A stretch of 64,000 bases of DNA from Candidatus Nomurabacteria bacterium (GTDB lineage: Bacteria; Patescibacteriota; Saccharimonadia; Saccharimonadales; CAIOMD01): positions 3,409-67,408 of the forward strand of contig JACKGO010000001.1 in assembly GCA_020631975.1 (NCBI GenBank). The letters are read 5' to 3'. The notes beneath the pieces were generated by a model. It had not been told where the DNA came from. It saw only the letters and a program-made list of their open reading frames with translations, and did not search any database. Position numbers and translations under genes: made by a program. Shown here piece after piece: positions 11,301 through 20,000 of the stretch (position 1 is its first letter; the number at the start of each line of letters is the position of its first letter).

Positions 11301-14300
11301 CAGATGAAGTCGGCGAAGGCTTGTGTGTCGGTGGTACGCCAGAAAATTGTGATTTACCACCATTAGGTGACGCTGCCGGCGAAGGTGGCGGCATGTTATC
11401 TTCTACTGTTATACTAAATGGATATTTGTATGTTATTGGTGGTTGCACAAACTATGCATGCAGTACGTCTTCTGGAAATACATCTTACGTTGCAATTGGT
11501 CCGGACGGAGCATTACAAGCACCTGCCGTTTGTTCTGGTACGTCAGTAGGAGCATGGTGCGTTGACTCTACAAATAAAGTGAATGGTACAAGTGGCGTAT
11601 CTGCAGCTGGGATCACCGTTTTCAATAATAGGATTTATTTAATTGGTGGAATAGACGAGACGGCTGACGGTTTAAGGGCTGTTACACATAACGCAGTGAA
11701 TGACGATGGTAGCTTAGATGGCGCCTGGGAAACAAACTCATTTGGTGGCATTGGAGTTGCGGGCGAACTATCATACACATATGCTTACGCGAGAGCAAAC
11801 CCTTCTGCTGCCAGCACTAGCCCAGGCAACCTGTATATTATTGGAGGATGCTCTGCGTTCAGCAATAGCGCGGGTTGTTCAAATTCATATAATACCCAAG
11901 TGTATAAATGTAATATATCTACTGTTGGAAATATATCTGGTTGTGATACATCTGGACAGCTGCAAATAGATGCCGAACTAGCTAGTGAAGCCAACCAAGG
12001 TTTAGGTTTACATTCTGGCACTGTTTACGCCAATTATATTTATTTAATTGGTGGGTACAGTGATAACGTGGGCGATAGAAACACAGTATTTTATGCAAAG
12101 TTTGATGATAATAATAATATCGTAGATGCCGAAAGCGGGACGGCTAACCCGGCAAGCAATGACGATGATTGGATAGAGTCTGAGAATAATCTTTCTATTG
12201 GCCGGCGTCGTGGTTTTGCTTTTGGGTACAATGGTCATATTTACGGAGTTGGTGGATATAATGCCGGTGGGGCAGGCATTATTCCCTTTATTGAATGGGC
12301 CAGAGAAGACGTATCTGATGGAAGCATTGACAATTTTGTGACTTCGTCTGTAACGATTAACCAGAGGTGGGGGCTGTCTATGGCAGTTTCTAATTCGTAT
12401 GCTTATGTAGTTGGCGGTTGTGATGTAGGTGCCAGCCCGGGTGGATGTAGTAGCTTTGAACCTTCAGTTCAAACATTTCAGTTATATAACAATGATAGCG
12501 GTACACCTGCGAGCTATACTGCTGCGAGTAATCAGTTTGGAACTGACAGGTATGCAGCAAGCTCAATCATACATAACGGCTATATTTACATGGCAGGTGG
12601 ATGTACCGACACGGTTGGTAACTGTAGTACAACGAGTAATAATGTTCAGTATGCTGCTCTTGATTCACAAGGAGATATCGGAGTTTGGAATTCCACGACG
12701 GGTGGTTTGCCAGCTGGGCGAGGATGGGGCAAACTGCGCGAGGCTGGTGGAACTTTATACTGGATGGGCGGACAGGATAATACTGGTGATGAAAAAAGCG
12801 AAGTATATTATGCGACTCCGAATGGTGTCACTGGCAATATAGCAAGTTGGGCAACAGCTACTAATGGTTTACCAGCTGATAGAACGCAGTTTGGGGCTAC
12901 TAGCTGGAACGATAGGCTATATGTAGTGGGCGGTAATGATGATAGTGCTAACGTATCTAATACCGTATATATATCGCCCGATCTCAGTTCTGGTGGTAAT
13001 ATCACCTCTAGTTGGGCTACTGAAACTACCAATACTCCGGACGTACCTAGGTCTGGTAATGCAGTTGTTGCCTATGCAAATAACCTGTACACTTTTGGCG
13101 GTTTTGACGGAAGCAACTATTTGCTCGATTCTCAGTTTGCTAAAATTAACTCTGATGGCAGCTTAAGCGCATGGACCTTTACAACACCACTACCTAATGT
13201 TGTTAGGCAAGGTGAAGGTTTTGCTGCGAATGGCTACATGTATGTGGTTGGTGGACGGTCAGCCAATGATGTTTGTGATAGCAATACCTACGTTGCACCT
13301 ATTAGTGCCAATACCACAATTGCCACCGGCAATAACCCAACCGGTGTAGGCGAATGGAATGAAACAAATGTTAGGTACGAAGGTGATCGGTTCGGCAACG
13401 CCGTTGCGTATAACCAAGGAAGATTATACTTACTTGGTGGTGGCTGTATAGCTCAAAATCAAACAGTCTATGACACACCTGGTAGTGGCACGTATGTAGT
13501 TCCAGCTGGTGTTACTTCTATTAACGTTAAAATGTGGGGTGCCGGTGGCGGTGGCGGTGCAGGTGGATCATCTGGCGCTGGCGGTCCTGGTGGTGGCGGA
13601 GGTTATGTGTCATCTACACTGACGGTCACACCGTCTGAATCATTAAACATCTACATAGGTTCTGGTGGGGCAGGTGGAACATATCCTGGGTCAAATTCTG
13701 GCGGTGGTGGCGGCGGCGGCGGTCACACTGAGATAAATAGAAGTGGCACTAATTTACTTATTGCAGCCGGTGGCGGTGGCGGTGGCGGTGGCGACAACTC
13801 GTCTGCTACTCCGGGAGGCGCCGGTGGTGGTGGCGGTGGAACAACTGGTGTCATAGGAGGCAGCTCTAGTAATGCAAATGGTGGAAACCCCGGTACGGGT
13901 GCAGCTGGTGGCACTGGTGGTACAGGCGGTTCTAATAATGGATCGTCTGGCGGTGCTGAAACAGCTGGCGACGGAGGCAATGGCGGTAGTGGTACTGGTG
14001 GAGAAAATAATGGTGGACAAGCTGATGATGGTGACGGCGGTAGTGGTGATACGGGCGGCTATGGCGGTGGCGGTGGCGGTGGTGGTGGTCGTTATGGTGG
14101 CGGTGGTGGTAGTAGTTCACAAGCAGGTGATGCCGGCGGTGGTGGCGGTGGTGGTGGCTCTAACTACTTGACTGGCACAAGCCAAACAAATAGTCAGGCC
14201 AGTGGACAAGCTCCTGGTAATAGTGTTGATTCAGACAGAGGAAGTGCAGGCACGGGCGGTGGTGGAGGTAGCACAACCAACCCTGGGTCAGAAGGAGCTG

Positions 14301-14872
14301 TTGGGCGTATAGTAATAACCTATGGTGCACCAACAATGAATCTTACGGGTGCTAACAGGGCGGTTCGAACTGCTTTGCTATCCCAGCCTCAACTAGCCAA
14401 ATACTCACGTATGATTGACACCGATACAGACGTTTTTCCAAACTCATGGCTATTAAATGGTTTAGATAATTCTATTGGCGCGAGATGGCAAGTTCGTTAC
14501 AGATCTATGAATGACACCGATGGGATTCCAACAGACTGCGGCACCGCAGACATGAGTACTTGGGGGAGAGTGACCAATTTTGGTGATACTAATTTAGGCC
14601 AAGTAAACACCTACACCCCATTAGATGGAAGTGGCACAAACATTAACTGTGCAAGGTATTTCTACTTTTTTGTAGAAATCGATGCTGAACAGACCTTTGG
14701 CTACCCAGAAGACGTTAATAGGGGTCCGACAATTGCTGACTTAAGCTTATTCTTCACTTCTGATCCAAGCAAGAGGCTACGACACGGCAAAACATTTACA
14801 GGAGGGGAGCAACAGCCTCTAGACACTCCTTGTAGGCAAAGTGGTGGCCAGATTAACTGTTCGTTACCATAA
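8372..14872 (+). CDS. Giant membrane-anchored surface protein: N-terminal TM helix, many Kelch-like beta-propeller repeats, glycine-rich (PF12810-like) domain, C-terminal globular domain
   Basis: The start is moved from 8291 to ATG 8372 because it is downstream of the promoter at 8305-8334 and preceded by aaggaaaa. The TM helix is LPFLLRIFALMMAITMFVIIVLDVF. There are more than 15 repeats of the YNGYLYVIGG / YNDTLYSIGG / WNDRLYVVGG type. The glycine-rich domain begins GSGTYVVPAGVTSINVKMWGAGGGGGAGG...LNIYIGSGGAGG. Confidence 0.85.
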   Translation: MDGIKPPIKKRTYYPASNQKEQFIKPASTQPQSKTKRSVNIKHFFNKRPKSSRPIYKAPDKVSFSVKIPRFLQKLINVYMGLPFLLRIFALMMAITMFVIIVLDVFYNKNQVDAYSLNKTDVLLKESSPIYGTSIVKDATGKYYKYNEGYKPGAEVSGLSASPKFSADFAVDPKEGVSVTDVNSNLTVTLKPKYGLKEPQQSENRLIYPLNNNAKKVFTLGAASIKEDILLEKYIRDDMVFDYTLEMPDYLEAKLETDGSISIYGPANSALIGDVSASTESDSQLLDKARQKSSKNRLIFKLPAPYILEVGKTMSKATAEFELKDNIISLKASNLKAANYPITIDPSIYVETAAKLMKGNNETNVDFDVDNELIQKSQTTGARIDSWQSNLDISQEVWGHSTAAAGGYIYRAGGKTEDGSIVTPPVAASSVDSLQSSNSTSFTMSMPGTRPAGDLYVALMCHDGTGAVTPPAGGGWTEFADIGEFAGYYKVGTNEGGGDEAASYTWTGPSEKWGGAILRVTNFNTSNPVSPTPTTASSGSNTTPSFPAITPSNDDTLIIRAMGADNDEIDDAGWAPSGHTSIAYGGPTGTQDCAYGVASMNNPPAAGVSTGTISMASGYVTDTWGSTTIAINPAPSSGSTPTVVNTVEWAKFDSNSLAITSPNPGTGACSGWCNDPVYNLPEGRVNHSMVSYNGYLYVIGGQDPSGSRESTVYIAKLGANGEPQLWHPTDDNKNNWVYWYQDSGLSGGVAKSYLSAVVYNNSMYIVGGQTNASPGGVNTVEKADILPNGKLSSWTTTGMQSLPAGAGRHMGDVVVYNDTLYSIGGFEGASNSSANLRDTVYYSKLNQDGTMNAWQTTSNITTARANFGGKFSYIWGAYIYMGGGCSAVNASGNCTTFSSDMQIASINADGSLGTWRSIGNLDNTRVGYTFIGWQGGLYRLGGCISVSPTSGHCLDALSAVDYGVINPAGEVSTVSITDEVGEGLCVGGTPENCDLPPLGDAAGEGGGMLSSTVILNGYLYVIGGCTNYACSTSSGNTSYVAIGPDGALQAPAVCSGTSVGAWCVDSTNKVNGTSGVSAAGITVFNNRIYLIGGIDETADGLRAVTHNAVNDDGSLDGAWETNSFGGIGVAGELSYTYAYARANPSAASTSPGNLYIIGGCSAFSNSAGCSNSYNTQVYKCNISTVGNISGCDTSGQLQIDAELASEANQGLGLHSGTVYANYIYLIGGYSDNVGDRNTVFYAKFDDNNNIVDAESGTANPASNDDDWIESENNLSIGRRRGFAFGYNGHIYGVGGYNAGGAGIIPFIEWAREDVSDGSIDNFVTSSVTINQRWGLSMAVSNSYAYVVGGCDVGASPGGCSSFEPSVQTFQLYNNDSGTPASYTAASNQFGTDRYAASSIIHNGYIYMAGGCTDTVGNCSTTSNNVQYAALDSQGDIGVWNSTTGGLPAGRGWGKLREAGGTLYWMGGQDNTGDEKSEVYYATPNGVTGNIASWATATNGLPADRTQFGATSWNDRLYVVGGNDDSANVSNTVYISPDLSSGGNITSSWATETTNTPDVPRSGNAVVAYANNLYTFGGFDGSNYLLDSQFAKINSDGSLSAWTFTTPLPNVVRQGEGFAANGYMYVVGGRSANDVCDSNTYVAPISANTTIATGNNPTGVGEWNETNVRYEGDRFGNAVAYNQGRLYLLGGGCIAQNQTVYDTPGSGTYVVPAGVTSINVKMWGAGGGGGAGGSSGAGGPGGGGGYVSSTLTVTPSESLNIYIGSGGAGGTYPGSNSGGGGGGGGHTEINRSGTNLLIAAGGGGGGGGDNSSATPGGAGGGGGGTTGVIGGSSSNANGGNPGTGAAGGTGGTGGSNNGSSGGAETAGDGGNGGSGTGGENNGGQADDGDGGSGDTGGYGGGGGGGGGRYGGGGGSSSQAGDAGGGGGGGGSNYLTGTSQTNSQASGQAPGNSVDSDRGSAGTGGGGGSTTNPGSEGAVGRIVITYGAPTMNLTGANRAVRTALLSQPQLAKYSRMIDTDTDVFPNSWLLNGLDNSIGARWQVRYRSMNDTDGIPTDCGTADMSTWGRVTNFGDTNLGQVNTYTPLDGSGTNINCARYFYFFVEIDAEQTFGYPEDVNRGPTIADLSLFFTSDPSKRLRHGKTFTGGEQQPLDTPCRQSGGQINCSLP

Positions 14873-14874
14873 AA

Positions 14875-15822
14875 TTACTGCTTATTATCAGAGACAAAAC
14901 GATAGATTACATTAGATATATTTTTAAATTGATTATTCGTCGTTTCATTGTCTTCGCCCATTAGCATTACACACACTAAATAATTACCGTTGTCATAATA
15001 TACAATGCCACAATCACTCTGGACTTGCGTATTGAATACCCCAATCTTATGGGCAACCGTTACTGAATCATCGGGTATGCCAGCTTGCAAGCGGTTATTG
15101 AATGTAGAATTACTTAAATAATTTAATATTTCTTGCGAATCTGCTTTGTTGTTATAGCAGGCAAAGTACAAACACTTAAAAAACGATGAATACGAACGAG
15201 TTCCTAGGTCAATGCTAGTATCTTTATTGAGCGTGAACTCTATATCTAACGAGCCTAGCGCCAAATCGGTTGTTTCGAGTTTTCCGTCGGTGGCGTCTAA
15301 GATTGCGCGCAGGGCGGTGTTATCGGACTCTTCTAGGAGTATCCTGGCTGCGTCACGCAGACTAAGCTGGTAACCTTCGCCTTTGCTATAGAGTGTGCCA
15401 TAACCGTCATTGAGCCATTCTTTTTTAAGTGTAACAGTGCTGTCTAGATCTACCTTACCTAGCTCGCTGGCTTTATAAAGTTCCATGGCAACCGGTAACT
15501 TCATTAAAGAAGCAGCTCGGTAGCGTTCGTCGCCATTCACGCGGATAGAGGTGCCCGTAGGCAGATACTCAAAATACAAACTGCCTTTAAGATTGTTATC
15601 TGTAAAATACTGGTTTAGTTGTTTTCTCAGTGGGCTAAAATTAATGCGCGTATCATTTGGGTTATCTACGAACAAACGTTTCGCAAGCAAGGGGTAATCG
15701 GTATTTGATGCGGTGCTTTTTGTATCACCTACAAAGAATTTACCTACCACAACACCTACAATAACAAGGCAAATCCCAACAATAACCAGTACCACCGTAT
15801 GTTTTTTATTCATCGCTACCAT
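14875..15822 (-). CDS. Class A beta-lactamase-like / PBP-like serine hydrolase, membrane-anchored
   Basis: The motif order is SxxK (ASLMK), SDN (ESDNTA), then a KTG-like HKIG. An N-terminal TM helix is present (VVLVIVGICLVIVGVVV). The start could instead be ATG 15813. Confidence 0.7.
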   Translation of the reverse strand: MVAMNKKHTVVLVIVGICLVIVGVVVGKFFVGDTKSTASNTDYPLLAKRLFVDNPNDTRINFSPLRKQLNQYFTDNNLKGSLYFEYLPTGTSIRVNGDERYRAASLMKLPVAMELYKASELGKVDLDSTVTLKKEWLNDGYGTLYSKGEGYQLSLRDAARILLEESDNTALRAILDATDGKLETTDLALGSLDIEFTLNKDTSIDLGTRSYSSFFKCLYFACYNNKADSQEILNYLSNSTFNNRLQAGIPDDSVTVAHKIGVFNTQVQSDCGIVYYDNGNYLVCVMLMGEDNETTNNQFKNISNVIYRFVSDNKQ

Positions 15823-15917
15823 GTATTATCACACAAATATAGTTTGTTTAGAACAGACATCATTGTCGCTTGACGTCTGGTTACACTATGAAACCAGAGG
15901 TGGTATAATGATTTTAG

Positions 15918-16766
15918 ATGCAAAAAGAGGTAAAAAAGCCAAAAGTTCGCTTAACACGTAAAGACGATGGTAGTATTGGTTTGCCTACCAGTTCACAGCA
16001 AGGCTCACCAGAACAACTGACACACATTTGGGGTGCGCAAAAAAAAGCACAAGCTACACGACGCGCGTCTGTAAAGCAAGAACTTTCCCAGTGGCGTAAA
16101 GCGCGCGTAGCAAAAAAACAACAACAAAAAAACCAAGCCACCAAATCGCGCACGAAAGATCACAAAAAAATCACTAATGACGCACAGCGTTCTGTTAGCG
16201 TGCGGTTGCCACACATCGCGATACCCAATAAACTCAAAAATCAGCCCAAGAAACGACTTATTTCTGTTGCTGGTATTGCCTTGGTCGTGATGGTCACGGG
16301 GGTAGTCATTGCCAATGTAAAAAAATCAGACGCAAATAATAGCGGGGAAGTGCAAGGTGCAGTCACCTCTAGCATTCAAACCAATGTCACCCCTGAATTC
16401 CCTATGCTTACCCCATTTGGCAAGGGTGTTGATGATTTAGGAGGTTTTGCCAAAATAAGCCCCAACGGAAGCCCACCAGTGTATGCTTTTGCAGATTCTA
16501 TTGGTTCTGTAAAAATAAAAGTGAGCCAACAACAACTTCCGGATGCTTTGCGGACCGACCAAGCTGCCAAACTTAAAGAGTTAGCAAACAGTTTTAACGC
16601 CAACGATACCATAGAAATAGACGATAATACTGCGTACATTGGCGCTTCAGTGAATGGTGCACAGTCTGTTGTCTATATAAAAGGCGAAAACCTCGTGCTT
16701 ATAGCGTCAGAAAGTACCATACCGAACGCCGATTGGGTCACATACATTGGCAACCTTAAGTTCTAA
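15918..16766 (+). CDS. Hypothetical membrane-anchored protein with a Lys-rich N-terminus
   Basis: This is a 282-aa ORF with a basic N-terminus, one TM helix (LISVAGIALVVMVTGVVIA) and an extracytoplasmic domain. TGGTATAAT (15901-15909) lies 8 nt upstream of the ATG. Confidence 0.6.
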   Translation: MQKEVKKPKVRLTRKDDGSIGLPTSSQQGSPEQLTHIWGAQKKAQATRRASVKQELSQWRKARVAKKQQQKNQATKSRTKDHKKITNDAQRSVSVRLPHIAIPNKLKNQPKKRLISVAGIALVVMVTGVVIANVKKSDANNSGEVQGAVTSSIQTNVTPEFPMLTPFGKGVDDLGGFAKISPNGSPPVYAFADSIGSVKIKVSQQQLPDALRTDQAAKLKELANSFNANDTIEIDDNTAYIGASVNGAQSVVYIKGENLVLIASESTIPNADWVTYIGNLKF

Positions 16767-16927
16767 TGGGTGATTATTACTGGTACTAATGTGGTAAAGA
16801 AGCCATTTCGTGGCTACGTCGTACAATGTTAAGAACACACACCATATACTAGCATAATATGGCTAGTATAAAACAGCTAGTATAGTAAAGCTTGTGGATA
16901 TGTATATAAGGTTGTGTAGCAAAGTTC

Positions 16928-16956
16928 TTGTGTTAAATATCCATTAGGGGTACACT
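16928..16956 (+). promoter_or_regulatory. Candidate promoter of giant gene 3 (TTGTGT, 17-nt spacer, TACACT)
   Basis: The hexamer spacing was read directly from the sequence. It is followed by an ~85-nt A-rich leader. Confidence 0.4.
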
Positions 16957-17045
16957 AGAGGTAACGTTAGCAAAACAAAAATGGCTGCGAAACCAAAAAA
17001 GCTGCGCTGACGAAACAAAAAAATCAAAATAAAAAGTACCCAACA

Positions 17046-20000
17046 ATGCATAGAGTATATTTAGCGTGGACGCACGCTATACATCGTATAACAGAGTCAA
17101 AGGCCCTCCGCCGTAGTGCTCTGTTTTTTGTTATGCTAGTATCTGTTGCTGTATATATATCTATATACGCGGGTAATGCGGGCGCGGCTGCTAATAACAC
17201 GATTAATTTCCAGGCAAGAGTTCTCAAAAACACTGGTGCGCTCGTGCCAGATGGTTTTTACACTATTCAGTTTAACGTTTACTCTTTAGCGAGTGGTGGC
17301 TCAACGCAGTGGACCGAAACACAAGTGGTGACGAGTAAAAACGGTTATATTACGGCGAGTTTGGGCAGCGTAACGCCGTTTGGGCCAGGCATTGATTGGA
17401 GCCAAGAACAGTGGCTAAGCATGAACATTAATGGCGACGGTGAAATGGCGCCCCGTATGAAGATTACTGCCGTACCGCTGGCGTTTCGGGCGGTCCAGGC
17501 AGATACGCTGACTACGTCTAGTGGAACGATAGCAGCAGATCAACTGACCCAGCTTACACCAGGCCTGGTACAATCCGTTAACTCTACTAACAGTGCACTC
17601 CGTATAAACCAAAATGGTAGCGGTGGCTTGCTGCAGCTTCAGGGTAACGGGGTAGATGTGTTCACGCTTAATAAAAGTGGTGGTCTAGCAATCGCTCAAG
17701 GTTTAACAGTGGGCAACAGTGGTCTGACGACGGCTGGTACAATACGCTGGAGCGGTACCGACTTTGAAGGATACGATGGCAGCGATTGGCGCTCATTTAC
17801 TAGTGGCGGTAGTGGGGGTGGTAGCTCAGGAACACCTAACCTTAAGACGGTAGTCAAGACGACAAACGAAACGGTGAATAATTCTGCTACATTGCAAAAC
17901 GATGACGAGCTGAAGTTTAGCATTGGTGCAGATGAAACGTGGACGTATCGTTTTGTGCTACAGGCTAACTCAGGTACGACACCAGATTTTCGGTTCGCCG
18001 TAACAGCCCCATCTGGAGCAACCTGTCGGGTTGCTTACATTGACCCAGAAGGTGCGACGTCAAATGGCCAGTATGGTTGTGGTGTATCAACTACCACTGT
18101 GTCGGGTAATGGGAGAGTCGATGTGTATGAAATAACTGGCGCGGTTACTAATGGTGCGAATGCGGGTGATGTAACGCTGCAATGGGCACAATTTACGGCT
18201 AATGCAAGTAATACCATTGTGTATGCTGGTAGCTACGTGGTAGCCACCGCTACAACAGATGTAGTCAGCCTAGATTTCACCCAAAACGGTAATAGCTTTT
18301 CACAAACAGCCGTGCTTGGTACCACTGATAATTTTGGGCTTAATGTCATAACCAATGGGCTAACAAGACTGTCTGTCAGTAACGCTGGGGCGGTATCGGT
18401 TGCAAAGGGACTTACAGTGGGCGAGGGTCTAATAGTTGGTAATGGCCTCACGGTGACGACTGGCGGGGTAAATATTACCGGCAGTTCAATATTTAGTGGT
18501 AGCTTGCAAGTATCTAGTGGAGGAGCATCAATAGACGGCGGTGTTAGTCTTACGGGCGGTGGTTTAGATGTAAATAGTAATGGGATTACCAACGCCGGTG
18601 ACATTATAGGTGTGGGTAATAGCCTAACCGCAAGTGGTGGTCTCACCATTTCAACAGGTGCTGGTAATAGTTTACAGCTAGACTCAGGCAATGACATTTT
18701 AATCTTAAACGACGCTACTGTGCGCAGAACCGCAAGCGGTACAACTGCCATAGAGCTGAATGATACGGCAGATACACTACTAAGCATCACCAATAGTGAT
18801 GGTACGGCCGTAGCAGGGCTTAGTGTAGAAGGGGCAATATCTGCCCAAAGCTTTAATGGTGATGGATCGGCGCTTACCAACTTAAGCGCTAGTAACATCA
18901 ACAGCGGTACGCTTAGTGATACGTTGTTGTCTAGTAATGTGGCGCTACTCAATACTGCCCAAAGCTTTAGTGGCATACAGACGTTTGGTAATGGGCTTGT
19001 GGTAGGCAATACGGCAACTGCAGCAGCTGGTACAATCCGTTGGACTGGTACTGATTTTGAAGGTTATGACGGTAGCAGTTGGGTATCATTAACGGGCGGT
19101 GGTGGCGGCGGGCCAGCACCGCTGACTGTCGCTGCCATACAGGCATATGATAATACAGGTGGTACAGATCTTAACTCAGCTACACCTACAGCCGTGCCAT
19201 GGGACGCTGAAACCAAGAAAGATACTGGCTTTACTCATAGTAATTCTACAAATAACACAAGAGTGTATCTTGATGAGCCCGGCTGGTATAAAATTAACTA
19301 TAATATTAGTGGCCTCAACCAATCAGGCAATAGAAATACCGTATTCTGTCAGGTAAGGTTTAACGGCACAACCTATAACTCGCCGAGTGGCTCGTATTCC
19401 TATGCTAGAAATAACACTGATGCCGGAGGTACGAACAGCTCGTCTGTATATGCCCAGACTACAGCAGCGAATGAGTACTATGAGGTATTATGTTCGCAAT
19501 CTGGTTCGTCTGGCCCGCAATATGCTGTAGCCGGCAGTTCATGGACGATAGCTGAAAAAACTGCCGCACCTGCAGGTAGCCCTGGCAGCGGCTTTTTACA
19601 GGGTGGTAATAGTTTTGGTGCAGCAGCCATACTTGGTACGTCAGATGTCAATGATTTAGAAATTGTTACTGGTGGTCTTACGCGTATAACAGTTTCAGCG
19701 AGCGGTGATACCACCATTGCAGGTCTCGCGACAATTAGCGGGAATTTAGTAGCCAACGCAAATACACTCTTGAACGGTGATGTAACTATAGGTGACGCTG
19801 CGACTGATGTTTTAACAATTAACTCAGACACCTTGCAGCTACCAAACGGCCTAGATATTGCTAATGGAACGCTTGTCTTTGACGCCGCAGGCAATAAAAT
19901 TGGTATAAATGCTTCTGCTTCTAATACGCTAAGTGTCAATACTGCTGCCACAGCAGATTCCGCTGCAGAAGTCTTAATTTACACCAATGGTGTCAACCAA

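Noticed and set aside
13723-14171. ORFs on both strands within the (GGN)n region (Pro-rich, His-rich, Val-rich peptides).
   Set aside because: They are low-complexity artefacts of the glycine-codon tract inside giant gene 2.
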